This document shows positions 1 to 11,233 of a DNA stretch of 64,000 bases, one piece after another. The position numbers and the translations under genes were made by a program. The notes below the pieces were generated by a model. It ran no database searches and had not been told where the DNA came from. It saw nothing but the letters and a program-made list of their open reading frames with translations. How positions within the stretch are numbered: the first letter of the stretch is position 1; every line of letters starts with the position of its first letter. The stretch comes from Dictyostelium discoideum (Eukaryota): the NCBI GenBank assembly GCA_000004695.1, contig CM000154.2, forward strand, positions 4,608,001-4,672,000, given 5' to 3'.

Positions 1-61
1 TCACCACCAACTTTTTGCTTCTATAATTTATTTTTTTAAAAAATCAATAATAATAATAATG

Positions 62-93
<32 letters not shown>

Positions 94-717
94 TCAACAA
101 CTTGATGATTTGATATTATTGTTATTTGATATTTCCAGTGTTGGATTTAATTTTGATTCATTTAATTTTTGCATTGAATTAAAATAATTTAAAGCAAACT
201 TTGAAATGATATTGAATGGCTCTTTAATATTTTTTGAATTCTTTGCAGATGTTTCAAAATAATGAACTTTATCTATAATCCTTTGATCTTCAATATTTTT
301 ACACCATTGTTCAATTCTTTCATTTGATATTGATTTATCAGTTCTAGGAATATCACTTTTTGTACCTATTAAAACAAATGGTGGTGATAATTTCTCACTT
401 TCCAAACCATTCTCTAAACATTTTGAATGTAATTCCGTTATCCATTTATCAAGATTTTTAAATGATTCTTCATTATGAATATCAAAACAAAGTACACAAC
501 AATTTGCATTACGATAGAAATGTCTATTTAAACTGGTAAATCTTTCTTGACCTGCGGTATCCCAAAAATGGTATCCAACAAGTTCATCATCGATCATTAT
601 CTCTTTATAAAATAAATCAAAAGTTGATGGACAAGTATAAATACCAAATTTTCTACCTGCGAATTCATTAAATATTGCTGTCTTTCCAGAATTATAATCA
701 CCAATCATTATTATCTA

Positions 718-767
<50 letters not shown>

Positions 768-856
768 AAATTAAAAAATGTTAACTTTTATAGTATAATA
801 TAAAAATAAAAATAAAAATCACATACCTTTAATTTCTTATTTGCTTTATATTCCAT
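94..856 (-). CDS. Rab-like Ras-superfamily small GTPase, type A copy 1. Exon 2 is 94-714 and micro-exon 1 is 827-856 (MEYKANKKLK), separated by a GTATGT...AG intron.
   Basis: 204-aa ORF with G1 GDYNSGKT, G3 WDTAGQE, G4 GTKSD and G5 ETSAK. The upstream 30-nt exon ends in a GTATGT donor, and an AG acceptor at 715-716 restores KLKIIMIGDYNSGKT, which matches the Rab N-terminus. Confidence 0.7.
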
Positions 857-1259
857 TTTTAAAAATATGTATGTATGTGTGTGTGAGATAAAAATAAAAT
901 AAAAATAAAACCAATCAAGATTTTTTTTTTTTTTTTTTTTTGGGTTGTTTTTTTTTTTTTTTTTTTTTTTATTATTAATTTTTTTTATCTAAACATTATT
1001 TTTTGTTCATTCATTTTTAAATATTATATATAATAAAAAAAAATAAAAAAAATAAAAAAAAGGGTTTAATTATTTTTGATTGTTGAGAGAGCCAAGATCT
1101 CTTTTTTTTTATTTACAAAATTTGAAAAAAATAAAAATCTGAAATATTGGAATGTTGTTTGGATATTTCTAATTATTTTTAAAAATAGAAAACAACACCC
1201 ATGAAAATCATAATTTGAACTTTTTTTTATTATTATTATTATTATTTATTTTTAAAATC

Positions 1260-1721
1260 CTACCACCAACAAATTCCTTTTGGTTTTTCAGGTTCAATTG
1301 AAATATTTATTGAATTTTTCTGTTTATTTTTATATTGATTTAATGCTATTTTTACTATAGTTTCATAAGCTTCAATAATGTTTGTTGATAATTTTGCAGA
1401 AGTTTCAAAATAATGAATTTTTTCTTTTACAATACCTTGATCTTCAATTTGTTTACACCATTGTTCGATTCTTTCTTTTGAAATTGATTTTTCAGTTCTT
1501 TCAATATCACTTTTTGTACCTATTAAAACAAATGGAACTTTCTCGTCAACTAATGTATTTGCTTCTAATTCTTTTATCCAATAAATAAGATTATTAAATG
1601 ATTGTTCATTATGAATATTAAAACAGACTACACAACAATCTACATCTCTATAATATATTTTACTATCTTCATATGCACTACCATGTGTATTCCATAACTT
1701 TTTATTATTATTATCCATTTT

Positions 1722-1753
<32 letters not shown>

Positions 1754-1922
1754 CAAACCAAATTGGTACTTACTTGTAATGATACTGTTTCATTATCAAT
1801 GATTATCTCTTTAAAGTGAAAATCAAATGGAATTGAGTTACCCCATTGAAAAAAAGGTCTACCCATATAATTCTTAATAATCGATAATTTGCCAACCATT
1901 CTATCACCAATTGTTATTATCT
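1260..1922 (-). CDS. Rab-like paralog, type B copy 1, probably a pseudo-GTPase. Exon 2 is 1260-1697 and exon 1 is 1774 to about 1922.
   Basis: Exon 1 encodes [13 protein letters not shown]...[11 protein letters not shown] followed by a GTAAGT donor. Exon 2 encodes [13 protein letters not shown]...FVLIGTKSD...ETSAK...CWW. The P-loop reads GKLS and switch II reads NTHGSA instead of DTAGQE, so catalysis is probably lost. Confidence 0.5.
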
Positions 1923-2329
1923 TTTTTTTTTTTACATCATTGTTATGAAAAAAAAAAAAAAAATTGCATATGTTTTCTTATTAATATCTGATTTTAAAGA
2001 ATTATTTTTTAATTTTAAAAAAATACCTTTAATAGTTTTCTTTTATTATCCATCACTATTTATCTGATTAATTTGAAATTTTTTAAAAAAAAAAAAAAGT
2101 GAGAAAGTCAAAAAATGAGCAGAAAAGTAGAAAAGCTTCAAACTTCTGTTTTTTTTTTCATCACACAACAAAAATAAAAAACCAACAAAAAAAAAAAAAA
2201 AAAAAAATAAAAAAAAAAAAAAATTTATTTACCAATCTTTCTTTGAAAATATTTTCAAAGTTGATAATAAAAAAAAAAAAAAAAAAATCATCATCATTGA
2301 TCAATTTATTTTAATTGGTAAAAAAAAGT

Positions 2330-2418
2330 GATATTCCAAGAACTGATAAATCAATATCAAATGGAAGAATCGAACAATGGTGTAAAAATATTGAAGATCA
2401 AGGAATTATTGATATATA
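2330..2418 (+). pseudogene. Opposite-strand fragment of a Rab-like GTPase gene encoding [29 protein letters not shown].
   Basis: The plus-strand translation matches the G4-to-G5 region of the neighbouring minus-strand paralogs. It has no start codon and no upstream exons. Confidence 0.5.
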
Positions 2419-2477
2419 TATTTTTTTTTTTTTTTTTTTTTTTTTTATTATAAATATTTTTAAAGAAAGATTGTAAT

Positions 2478-2640
2478 TTAATTTTAAAGTTGACGAGGTT
2501 GTTTTTCATATTCATGGGCTTGTAGGATCATTTCAAATTTACCAAATTCTATTTTACTAATAATGCTTCATGTTCTTGCCAACAATCAAAAATTTCTTTC
2601 CAGCTTCATCACCCAGTGTATTGACATTTTTCTTCTTTTA
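2478..2640 (+). pseudogene. Degraded fragment of the HD-domain (HDDC2-like) gene.
   Basis: Nucleotide similarity to 5800-5990, which lies within the HD-domain gene at 5721-6293, including 'gattgtaatttaatttta...gttgatgaggttgtttttcatattc...gcttgtaggatcatttcaaattt'. The fragment is interrupted and has no intact ORF. Confidence 0.5.
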
Positions 2641-2751
2641 TTATTATGATTGATATTAATGGAGCAAATTTTTATTTTATTTAATAATTATTTATTACTA
2701 TTAATTAAATATTCAAGTGATTTACCATCATCTTCTAATTAATGGTTTATA

Positions 2752-2782
<31 letters not shown>

Positions 2783-2783
2783 A

Positions 2784-3588
2784 TTAACAACAATGTCCAG
2801 GTTTTACTTCTTCAAGTAAAACAATTGCAGGTGTAGTAATTGGTGGATTTTGATTTTTATTATAATGTTTGAAAGCTAATTTAGCCGCAGCATTATATGA
2901 TTCTGTAATATTTTTAGAAAGTTTTGAAGATGTTTCAAAATAATGAACTTTATCTATAATTCCTTGATCCTCAATATTTTTACACCATTGTTCAATTCTT
3001 GCCTTTGATATTGATTTATCAGTTCTAGGAATATCACTTTTTGTACCTATTAAAATAAATGGAATACTTTCAAAACAGTACGTTTTAGTATCGTCCATCC
3101 ATTTTTCAAGACTGTCAAATGATTTTTCATTATGTATATCAAAACATAGTGTGTAACAATGTGCACCACGATAATAAGCATAACCTAATGAATGAAAACG
3201 TTCTTGACCAAATGTATCCCAAACCTAATATATTATAATTATTTTATTTTTTATTATTATTATTATTTTTTTTTTTTTTTTTTTTTTTTTTTTCAATTTA
3301 CCACTTACCATCATAGACACATGCTGATTTTCAATCATTAGTTCCTTTGAACAAAAATCAATTGAGCATGACCTATGATATATAAATTTCCCATACATAT
3401 AATTATAAAAGAGAGATGTTTTACCAACATTACTGTCTCCAAGAGTTATAACCTAAAAATAAACAAAAATAAAAAAATATAATAAAAAAAAGAAAAAAAA
3501 AAAGAAAATTAATTTTAAAAATAAATAAAAATAAGAAAAAAAAAAAAAAAAGAAATTAATATATACTTATTTACAATACCTTTAACAT
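2784..3588 (-). CDS. Rab-like small GTPase, type C. Exons are 2784-3224, 3309-3452 and 3580-3588 (MLK).
   Basis: Spliced product MLK|[15 protein letters not shown]...HVSMM|[10 protein letters not shown]...[11 protein letters not shown]...ETSSK...GHCC. G1, G3, G4 and G5 are intact, and the C-terminal CC is a Rab-type geranylgeranylation motif. Splice sites are GTATTG/GTAAGT donors and TTTTAG/TTAG acceptors. Confidence 0.65.
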
Positions 3589-3823
3589 TATTTTTTGTTC
3601 ATTCATTTTTAAATATTATATATAATAAAAAAAAAAAAAAAAAAAAAAGGGTTTAAATGATATTTTTTTTATTATTTTTAATTGTTGAGAGAGCCAAGAT
3701 CTCTTTTTTATTTACAAAATTTGGAAAAAAAAAAAAAAAAAAAAAAAATTTGAAATGTTGTTTGGATATTTCCAATTATTTTTAAAAATAGAAAACAACA
3801 CCCATGAAAATCATAATTTGAAC

Positions 3824-3855
<32 letters not shown>

Positions 3856-3868
3856 TATTTTTAAAATC

Positions 3869-4500
3869 CTACCACCAACAAATTCCTTTTGGTTTTTCAG
3901 GTTCAATTGAAATATTTATTGAATTTTTCTGTTTATTTTTATATTGATTTAATGCTATTTTTACTATAGTTTCATAAGCTTCAATAATGTTTGTTGATAA
4001 TTTTGCAGAAGTTTCAAAATAATGAATTTTTTCTTTTACAATACCTTGATCTTCAATTTGTTTACACCATTGTTCGATTCTTTCTTTTGAAATTGATTTT
4101 TCAGTTCTTTCAATATCACTTTTTGTACCTATTAAAACAAATGGAACATTTTCATTAAATAATGACATCCAATGATTAAGATTATTAAATGATTGTTCAT
4201 TATGAATATTAAAACAGAGTACACCACAATCTACATCTCTAAAATATATTTTACTATCATCGAATGCACTACCATGTGTATTGAAAAGCTTTTTATTATT
4301 ATTATTATCCATTATAATTTTTTTTTTTTTTTTTTAAACCAAATTGGTGCTTACTTGTAATGATACTGTTTCATTATCAATGATTATATCCTTAAAGTAA
4401 AAATCTAATGGAATTGAGTTACCCCATTGAAAAAAAGGTTCACCCTTAAAATTCTTAATAATCGATAATTTACCAAGAAAAGCAGAAAAACCTTCAAAAA
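3869..4500 (-). CDS. Rab-like paralog, type B copy 2, degenerate. Exon 2 is 3869-4288 and exon 1 runs from about 4355.
   Basis: Near-identical to 1260-1697, with the same C-terminal 90 aa ending in CWW. Exon 1 ([42 protein letters not shown]) has lost the GxxxxGK P-loop entirely. The 3' flank at 3590-3870 duplicates 1000-1260. Confidence 0.45.
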
Positions 4501-4539
4501 AAAAAAAAAAAAAAATTAAAAAATCAACTGGTTGGTATT

Positions 4540-4575
<36 letters not shown>

Positions 4576-4671
4576 TATTGGTCACCACCAGGTTGTTTCT
4601 TCTGTAATTTATTTTTTTATTATTATTACTACTATTATTATTAGATATTTCCAGTTTTGTAATTAATTGAA

Positions 4672-5403
4672 TCATTTAATTTTTTGTATTGAATTAGAAT
4701 AATTTAAAGCAAGCTTTGTAATGGTATTGAATGGCATTATAATATTTTGAGAAAGTTTTGCAGATGTTTCAAAATAATGAACTTTATCAATAATTCCTTG
4801 ACCTTCAATATTTTTACACCATTGTTCAATTCTTTCATTTGATATTGATATATCAGTTCTTGGAATATCACTTTTTGTACCTATTAAAACAAATGGTGGT
4901 AACAACTCCATATTTTCCAAACCGTTCTCTAAACATTTTGAATGAAATTCGTTCATCCATTTATTAAGATTTTTAAATGAATCTTCAAAGTGAAGATCAA
5001 AACAAAGTACACAACAATTTACATCACGATAGAAAGATTTATTTAAATTGGTGGTAAATTTTTCATGACCGGCAGTATCCCAAATATTGCATCCAACAAG
5101 TTCATTATCAACCATTATCTCTTTATAAAAGTAATCAAAAGTTGATGGATTTGTATAACTACCAAATTTTCTGCCTACAATTTCATTAAATATTGCTGTC
5201 TTTCCAGATCTATAATCACCAAGCATTATTATCAAAATAAAAAAAAAAAAAAAAAAAATGTTAAAACATATTTTAAATTAAAAATATGTTTTACTTTTAT
5301 ATAAAATAAAAATAAAAATAAAAATAAAAATAAAAATAAAAATAAAAATAAAAATAAAAATAAAAATCACGCATACCTTTATTTTCTTATTTGCTTTTTC
5401 CAT
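4672..5403 (-). CDS. Rab-like small GTPase, type A copy 2. The main exon is 4672-5235, with a possible upstream micro-exon at 5377-5403 (MEKANKKIK).
   Basis: Motifs [20 protein letters not shown] and ETSAK. A paralogous 5' micro-exon plus GTATGC donor is conserved with copy 1, but the corresponding acceptor AG is mutated to TG at 5236-5240. An internal ATG at 5224-5226 still gives [10 protein letters not shown]. Confidence 0.6.
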
Positions 5404-5720
5404 TTTTAAATTAATATGTATTTACGCATGTGTATGTGTGTGAGAGAGTTGAAAATAAAATAAAAATAAAACTAAAAAAATCAAGATTTTTTTTTTTTTT
5501 TAGATATTTTTTTTTTTTTATTTATTTATTTATTGTTGAAAATAAAAATTTAGGTTAATTAACACCTAAATTTTTATTTTTTTTTATTTTTTTCTTTTCA
5601 CATTTAAATTAAATTAATATTAATTTATTCAAATTCTATTTTTGTATTTACAATTTTATCTAAATTTTTTTTTTTTTTTTTTTTCTATTATTTATTATTA
5701 TTATTTTAAAAATTATTTAT

Positions 5721-6293
5721 TTATTTTCTATCACTTTCTAATTGAAGTGCAAGTGATTTAAATAATGGATGATGGAATTTCCCTCTAGTTGAATCAAAGA
5801 AAGATTGTAATTTAATTTTATTTTCAAGTTGATGAGGTTGTTTTTCATATTCGTAGGCTTGTAGGATCATTTCAAATTTATCGAAATCTTTTACTAATAA
5901 TGCTTCATTGGTTTTACAATCTTCATATTCTTGCCAAAGATCGAAAATTTCTTTTCCAACTTCACCACTTAGTGTATTGGTAATTTCAATGATTGCATTC
6001 TTTTCTAATTGATATTTTTCTTCTTTGGTAATTTTATCATGTGGTGTGAAATCACCAACTAATGATTCACCTAAATCATGTACTAATGCCATCTTTATAA
6101 TTTTCATCTTGTCAATCTCTTTACCATCTTCACCAATTAATTCCTTTTTATCTAAACACATTCCCATCATTGCCATACGATACATATGATCTGATACTGA
6201 TTCTGGTAATTCTACTCCATGATTAACCCAACCAGTTCTTTTTAATGTTTTTAATTTACCACAAATTTTAAAAAATTCTAAATAATTACTCAT
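5721..6293 (-). CDS. HD-domain phosphohydrolase of the HDDC2/YfbR type (5'-deoxynucleotidase family).
   Basis: Single 190-aa ORF with RTGW, SDHMYRMA, VHDLGE, GDFTP and LVKDFDKFEM motifs, which are characteristic of the HDDC2/YfbR HD-domain family. Confidence 0.85.
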   Translation of the reverse strand: MSNYLEFFKICGKLKTLKRTGWVNHGVELPESVSDHMYRMAMMGMCLDKKELIGEDGKEIDKMKIIKMALVHDLGESLVGDFTPHDKITKEEKYQLEKNAIIEITNTLSGEVGKEIFDLWQEYEDCKTNEALLVKDFDKFEMILQAYEYEKQPHQLENKIKLQSFFDSTRGKFHHPLFKSLALQLESDRK

Positions 6294-6357
6294 TATACTT
6301 TCTCTTATATTTAAAAATAAATAAAAAAATTAAAATTAAAAAAAAAAATGAAAAACG

Positions 6358-6392
<35 letters not shown>

Positions 6393-7080
6393 TGAAGGAA
6401 AACTAAAAATTAAAAGCTATAAAAAAAAAAAAAAATTTCAGTAATGGAAAAAAAGAAATAAAAAAAAAAAAATAAAAAAAAAAATGAAAAGTGTTTTATT
6501 ATAAGATTTTATTAGCAGCAAATTTTTAATTTTATTTTATTTTAATGTTTTTTTTTTTTTTCGTCAAAAAATATTTAAATGATATTTTGATATTATTATT
6601 TATAAAAAAAAAAAAACCAATAAAAAATAAAAGATATTAACGTCTATATGGCCAATGAAATCGTCATCAAATGTGAAAATGCGTGATCAAAACACAATTT
6701 TTTTTTTTTAAAAATTTTTCAATTTCTTTTTTTGGACTATCAATAAATTTTTAACATTGAGCAAAATTTTTAATCAATATTATTCTAATATTATTGGTTC
6801 TTTTAATTTTTGCTTTTTTTTATTTTATTTTTATTTATTTTTTTATTTTTTTCTTTTTTTTTTTTTTTTTCTTTTTTTCTATTCTTCTTTTTTATTTTTA
6901 TTTTTGATTGTAACATTATAATTTTTTTTTTTTTTTATTTTTTTTTATAAAAAAATATTAGAAGCTAAAAGTTAGTTGTTAACATTCTTTATAATTTTTT
7001 TTTTTTTTTTTTTTTTTTTAATTGTATGTTTTTTAAAAAAACAAAAACAAAAACAAAAACAAAAACATAAAGAGAATATC

Positions 7081-7303
7081 ATGGAAATTCATTATACTCC
7101 ATTTATTAGAGTTATTAATTCAACTGGAAATTTTATTGATTTCAAATTAAATATTGGAGTTACAAATATCGGGAGAGGTAATTCTAATGATATTCCAATA
7201 GATGATCCAATAATTTCTTCAATTAATTCTTCCTTATGTATGTTTAAATTATTATTTTTATTTTTATTTTTATTTTCAATATAAAAAATTTAATTTTAAA
7301 TCT

Positions 7304-7340
<37 letters not shown>

Positions 7341-7583
7341 TATCCAGATTTTGATGGTTATACATTTTCATTTTTTGATTTAACTGAAGTTAATAAAACA
7401 TATATTAAATATCAAGAAAATGAGAATCCTATATTAATAGAGCCAAATACACCATATCAAATTATAAATGGAACTAGAATTCAATTGAGTGATGATACTC
7501 AATTAATTTTATTATTTTGTGAAGATTGTGAAAATCATCACCAAACTTCTTTTACTGAAAAAAAAGCAGCTGCAATATTTTAG
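7081..7583 (+). CDS. Small FHA-domain protein with two exons. The intron is about 7238-7347.
   Basis: TNIGRGNSNDIPIDDPIISSINSS...FDGYTFSFFDLTEVNKTYIKYQ...IINGTRIQLSDDTQLILLF resembles the FHA fold signature (GR...D..L.D..ISR.H, then NGT.VN, then L.DGD.I.FG). There is a GTATGT donor and a TATCCAG acceptor. Confidence 0.55.
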
Positions 7584-7625
<42 letters not shown>

Positions 7626-7742
7626 TGGCAAAGATGGATTTTTTTTATATCTCTACCCTATCAAGTCATTGTAATATAAAACAAAAAAAAAAAAAAAGAG
7701 ATTGTTTATTTATTTATTTTTTCAAGTAGAAATAATTTAATG

Positions 7743-7777
<35 letters not shown>

Positions 7778-8308
7778 GTAATAAAAATTATAATTATTCT
7801 TTATTATTCTTTTTCTTATTGCCTCATTAAATTATTGGGTCATAGATTTTTTTTTTTTTTTTTTTTTTTTTTCTAACCTTAAAGTTATATTACTATATAA
7901 CCTTATAAGGAATTAAATTAAAATTAAAAAAAAAAAAAAAACTATTTTTTTTCTCTAAAAATATTAAAATAAAGAAATAAAAAAATCATTAGATTTCACA
8001 AAATTTAAAAGTATTTTTAGTTTTTTATTTTTTTTTTTTCTTTTCTTTGCATCCGTTTTTTTTTATTTTTTTTATTTTTTTGAATTTGGCGCCTTTTTTA
8101 GTTTATTTATTTTTTTTTTTTAAAACGAATGAAAAAACACTTTTTTTATTTATTTTTTTTTTTTTATTTTTCATAATTTTTTAAAAAATTAAAGTTAAAA
8201 AAAAAAAAAAAAAAAAAGACTTAGAAACATACACCCACCACTGCAACACATTAAAAAAAAAAAATAATAATAATAATATATATACATATATAAAATATAA
8301 TAATAAAA

Positions 8309-9140
8309 ATGACACATTTAATAGATTTATTCAAACCAATGATTCCATCATTATTAAACAATTTACATAAAGGTCAATCAGGAAGAATAGCAATTATGGG
8401 TGGAAGTAAAGAATATACAGGGGCACCATTTTTTTCGGGTATTTCCTCATTAAAGATTGGTTCTGATATTTGCCACATATTTGCACCAACAGAAGGTGGT
8501 ACAGCCACAGCTTTAAAAACAATGTCACCAGATTTAATAGTTCATCCAATTGAAAAAAATGTACATACAATAATTTATCAATTTTCAATATATATATATA
8601 TATTATCCTTTCCTTAATAATATTAATTAATTAACACACACACACTAGGATCCATCTGATATTATTCCATGGTTATTAAGTTTACATGTTATTGTTGTAG
8701 GTCCAGGTTTAGGTAGATCATCAGGTGCATGGAGTTGTGCATCAGAAGTTATTAAAGCAGCTAGAAATATAAATTTACCAATCGTATTAGATGGAGTATG
8801 TATTACATTAATGATATCCCCCCTTTATTATAATTCACTAAATAATAAACCAATTTTTTATTATTTTTTTTATTTTTTTTTATTTTTTATAAATAATAAT
8901 AATAATTATAGGATGCATTAAGATTAATTTGTGATAATTTAGATATTATAAAAGGATATGATAAAGCAATTTTAACACCAAATTTTGTAGAATTTAAAAG
9001 TCTATCAGATAGTGTAAAGAAAATGATTGGTGATACTTCAAATAATTTATTAAAACCAGAACATATTGCAAGTTGGTAAATATTAATTAATATTACGAAG
9101 AGGATGAATTGATATTACAAAAGAACTAACTTATATTTTA

Positions 9141-9219
<79 letters not shown>

Positions 9220-9578
9220 GTCTTGGTAATATTACAATTGTTCAAAAAGGTAAAGAAGATATAATAACAGATGGTAATCAAACAGTGGTTTGTGATGATG
9301 AAGGTATGCCAAGAAGATGTGGTGGTCAAGGTGATATTTTAGCAGGTACTGTTGGTACAATGTATGCTTGGTCACAACTTTACTATAAATATAATTCAAA
9401 TACGGATGATAAACCTGAATATCCAATCTCAATTATATCTGCATATGCTGCTTGTTCTTTATTAAGACATTGCTCAAAGAAAGCTTATCAAATTTCTAAA
9501 AGATCAACTGTTTCAATGGATATTATAAATCAAATTTCAAATGGATTTGAAGATTTATTCCCTGAATCTTCTAAATAA
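8309..9578 (+). CDS. ATP-dependent (S)-NAD(P)H-hydrate dehydratase (NAXD/CARKD, YjeF C-terminal domain) with 4 exons.
   Basis: [37 protein letters not shown], then VVGPGLGR, then ILTPN, then [17 protein letters not shown]. These match the conserved carbohydrate-kinase-like motifs of NAXD. Introns lie at about 8566-8652, 8801-8912 and 9078-9220 (the last contains (ATT)n). Confidence 0.8.
9132..9227. repeat. (ATT)n microsatellite inside a NAXD intron.
   Basis: About 30 perfect ATT units. Confidence 0.9.
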
Positions 9579-10084
9579 ACTTTTTTTAAATTATATTAAA
9601 ATTATTATTTTTATTTTATTTTCATTTTTTTTTTTTTTTTTTTTTTGGTAAAAAAAAAGGAAATATTTATTTTTTTTTATTTTATTTTATTTTATTTTTA
9701 ATTTTTTTGGTAAATTTAATTATTAAGAAAAACCATTTCATTTCCCTTTTTTTTTTTAATTTCTGGTAAAGGAAATTAATTAATTTTTTATTTTAAATTT
9801 AAATTTTTTTTTACCAGGCCAAGTAAAATTAATTTTTTTTAATTTTTCAAAAAAAAAAAATAAAAAAAAAAAAAAAATAAAAAAAAAAAAAAAATAAATT
9901 GCATAATTTAATTTAAAACGAAAAGGAATTTTAGTCAGATTAAAATAAAAAATCTTTTATAGATTTTCACATAATATTAAAAAAAAAAGAAAAAAAAAAA
10001 AAAAAAATAAAAACAACAACAATATTCAAATCCTCTATTAATAAATAAATAAATAAATAAATATAATAAATAATAAACATATAA

Positions 10085-11045
10085 ATGACAGCAACTAAAA
10101 CTGAAACAACTTCAACAACTTCAACAAGTTCAACAACAACAACATCATCTACAACTATTTCAGAAGTTGATGGATTAAAATTTACAATTACACCATTAAT
10201 TAAATCAACAATTTCAAATGATAATAAATTAAAAGAGAAATATTCAAAATATACAAATAACCAACAACCATTCATACCATTTAGTATATTAAAAGACATT
10301 GCAAAAACATCAACTACAAAAGTTTATTTTCAAGATTTAATTAAAGATTCTATAATTTATTATCCACCAAAAGCAGAAGTAACACCTGTATGTTTTTATT
10401 TTTCATTTCCCATTTTTTTTTTTTTTTTTAAATTTTCCACTTAAATTCTAATGATTAAATAATATAAAAAGGATCCAGAATTTATAGCAAGAAAACAACA
10501 TTTAGAGAAATTAAATAAAGAATATCAATATTCAAAATTAGTTAAAAATGTTGCTAAAAAAGAAACAGATTTAAATGAATTGTCTTCATTTAGATCACAA
10601 CTTTCAATTGCTGTAAATATATTAGTCACTTTTTTCACTCTTTTAGTTGGTGGTATTTTCGTTGGTCATAATTGGTTAAACTCTCAATTATATGTATGTA
10701 TTAACTTTTAATAACAAATAACTAAAAAATAATAATAGTGTAATAATAATAATAATACAAAAGAGACTTACTTTTTTTATTTTATTTTTTTATTTTATTT
10801 TTTTTTTTTTTTAGGGTTTAGTATGTGGTTTAGTATTAGGAATAATTGGTGTTGCTGTTGAAATTTGGTTATTTGTAATAAGATCTTCTCAAAATCAAAT
10901 GGAAAAGGATAAAGCTGAAAAAACTGAAGAAAAAATTACAGAGTGGAGAATTAGAAAGAGAACAAGAGAAATTAAAAAACAACAAAATCAATCTTTAACT
11001 GATGGCTCAAGTAGCAGCAGTAGTAGTGCTGTTAAAATTCAATAA
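10085..11045 (+). CDS. TMEM199/Vma12-like V-ATPase assembly factor (3 exons) with a Thr/Ser-rich N-terminus and two C-terminal TM helices.
   Basis: DPEFIARKQHLEKLNKEYQYSKLVKNV aligns with human TMEM199 [27 protein letters not shown]. It is followed by two hydrophobic helices (ILVTFFTLLVGGIFVG and GLVCGLVLGIIGVAVEIWLFVI). Introns lie at about 10392-10470 and 10693-10814. Confidence 0.55.
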
Positions 11046-11233
11046 ATAAAAATAATAAATAATAAATAATAAAAAAAACATCGAAAATAGAAAATGGAAA
11101 TTTTAAAAAAAAAAACAAATAATTATTATTTATTATATTTTTATTATATTTATTTATATTTATATTTAATTTATTTTTATTTATTTTGTTTTTACTATTG
11201 GTTCTATGGTTGTGAATAATTATTAAAAGTTGA

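Noticed and set aside
2099-2314. 71-aa ORF rich in Lys (K-tracts).
   Set aside because: It is a translation of poly(A) tracts in intergenic DNA, with no codon structure or motif. The same applies to 39441-39677, 43469-43657, 17533-17727 and 15894-16076 (the last is partly the real signal-peptide exon, but the poly-F part is intronic).
9138-9329. Minus-strand ORF encoding poly-Ile.
   Set aside because: It is a translation of the (ATT)n microsatellite inside a NAXD intron. Likewise 60964-61371 is mostly (ATT)n in the GCSH intron, and 32049-32291 is (ATT)n.
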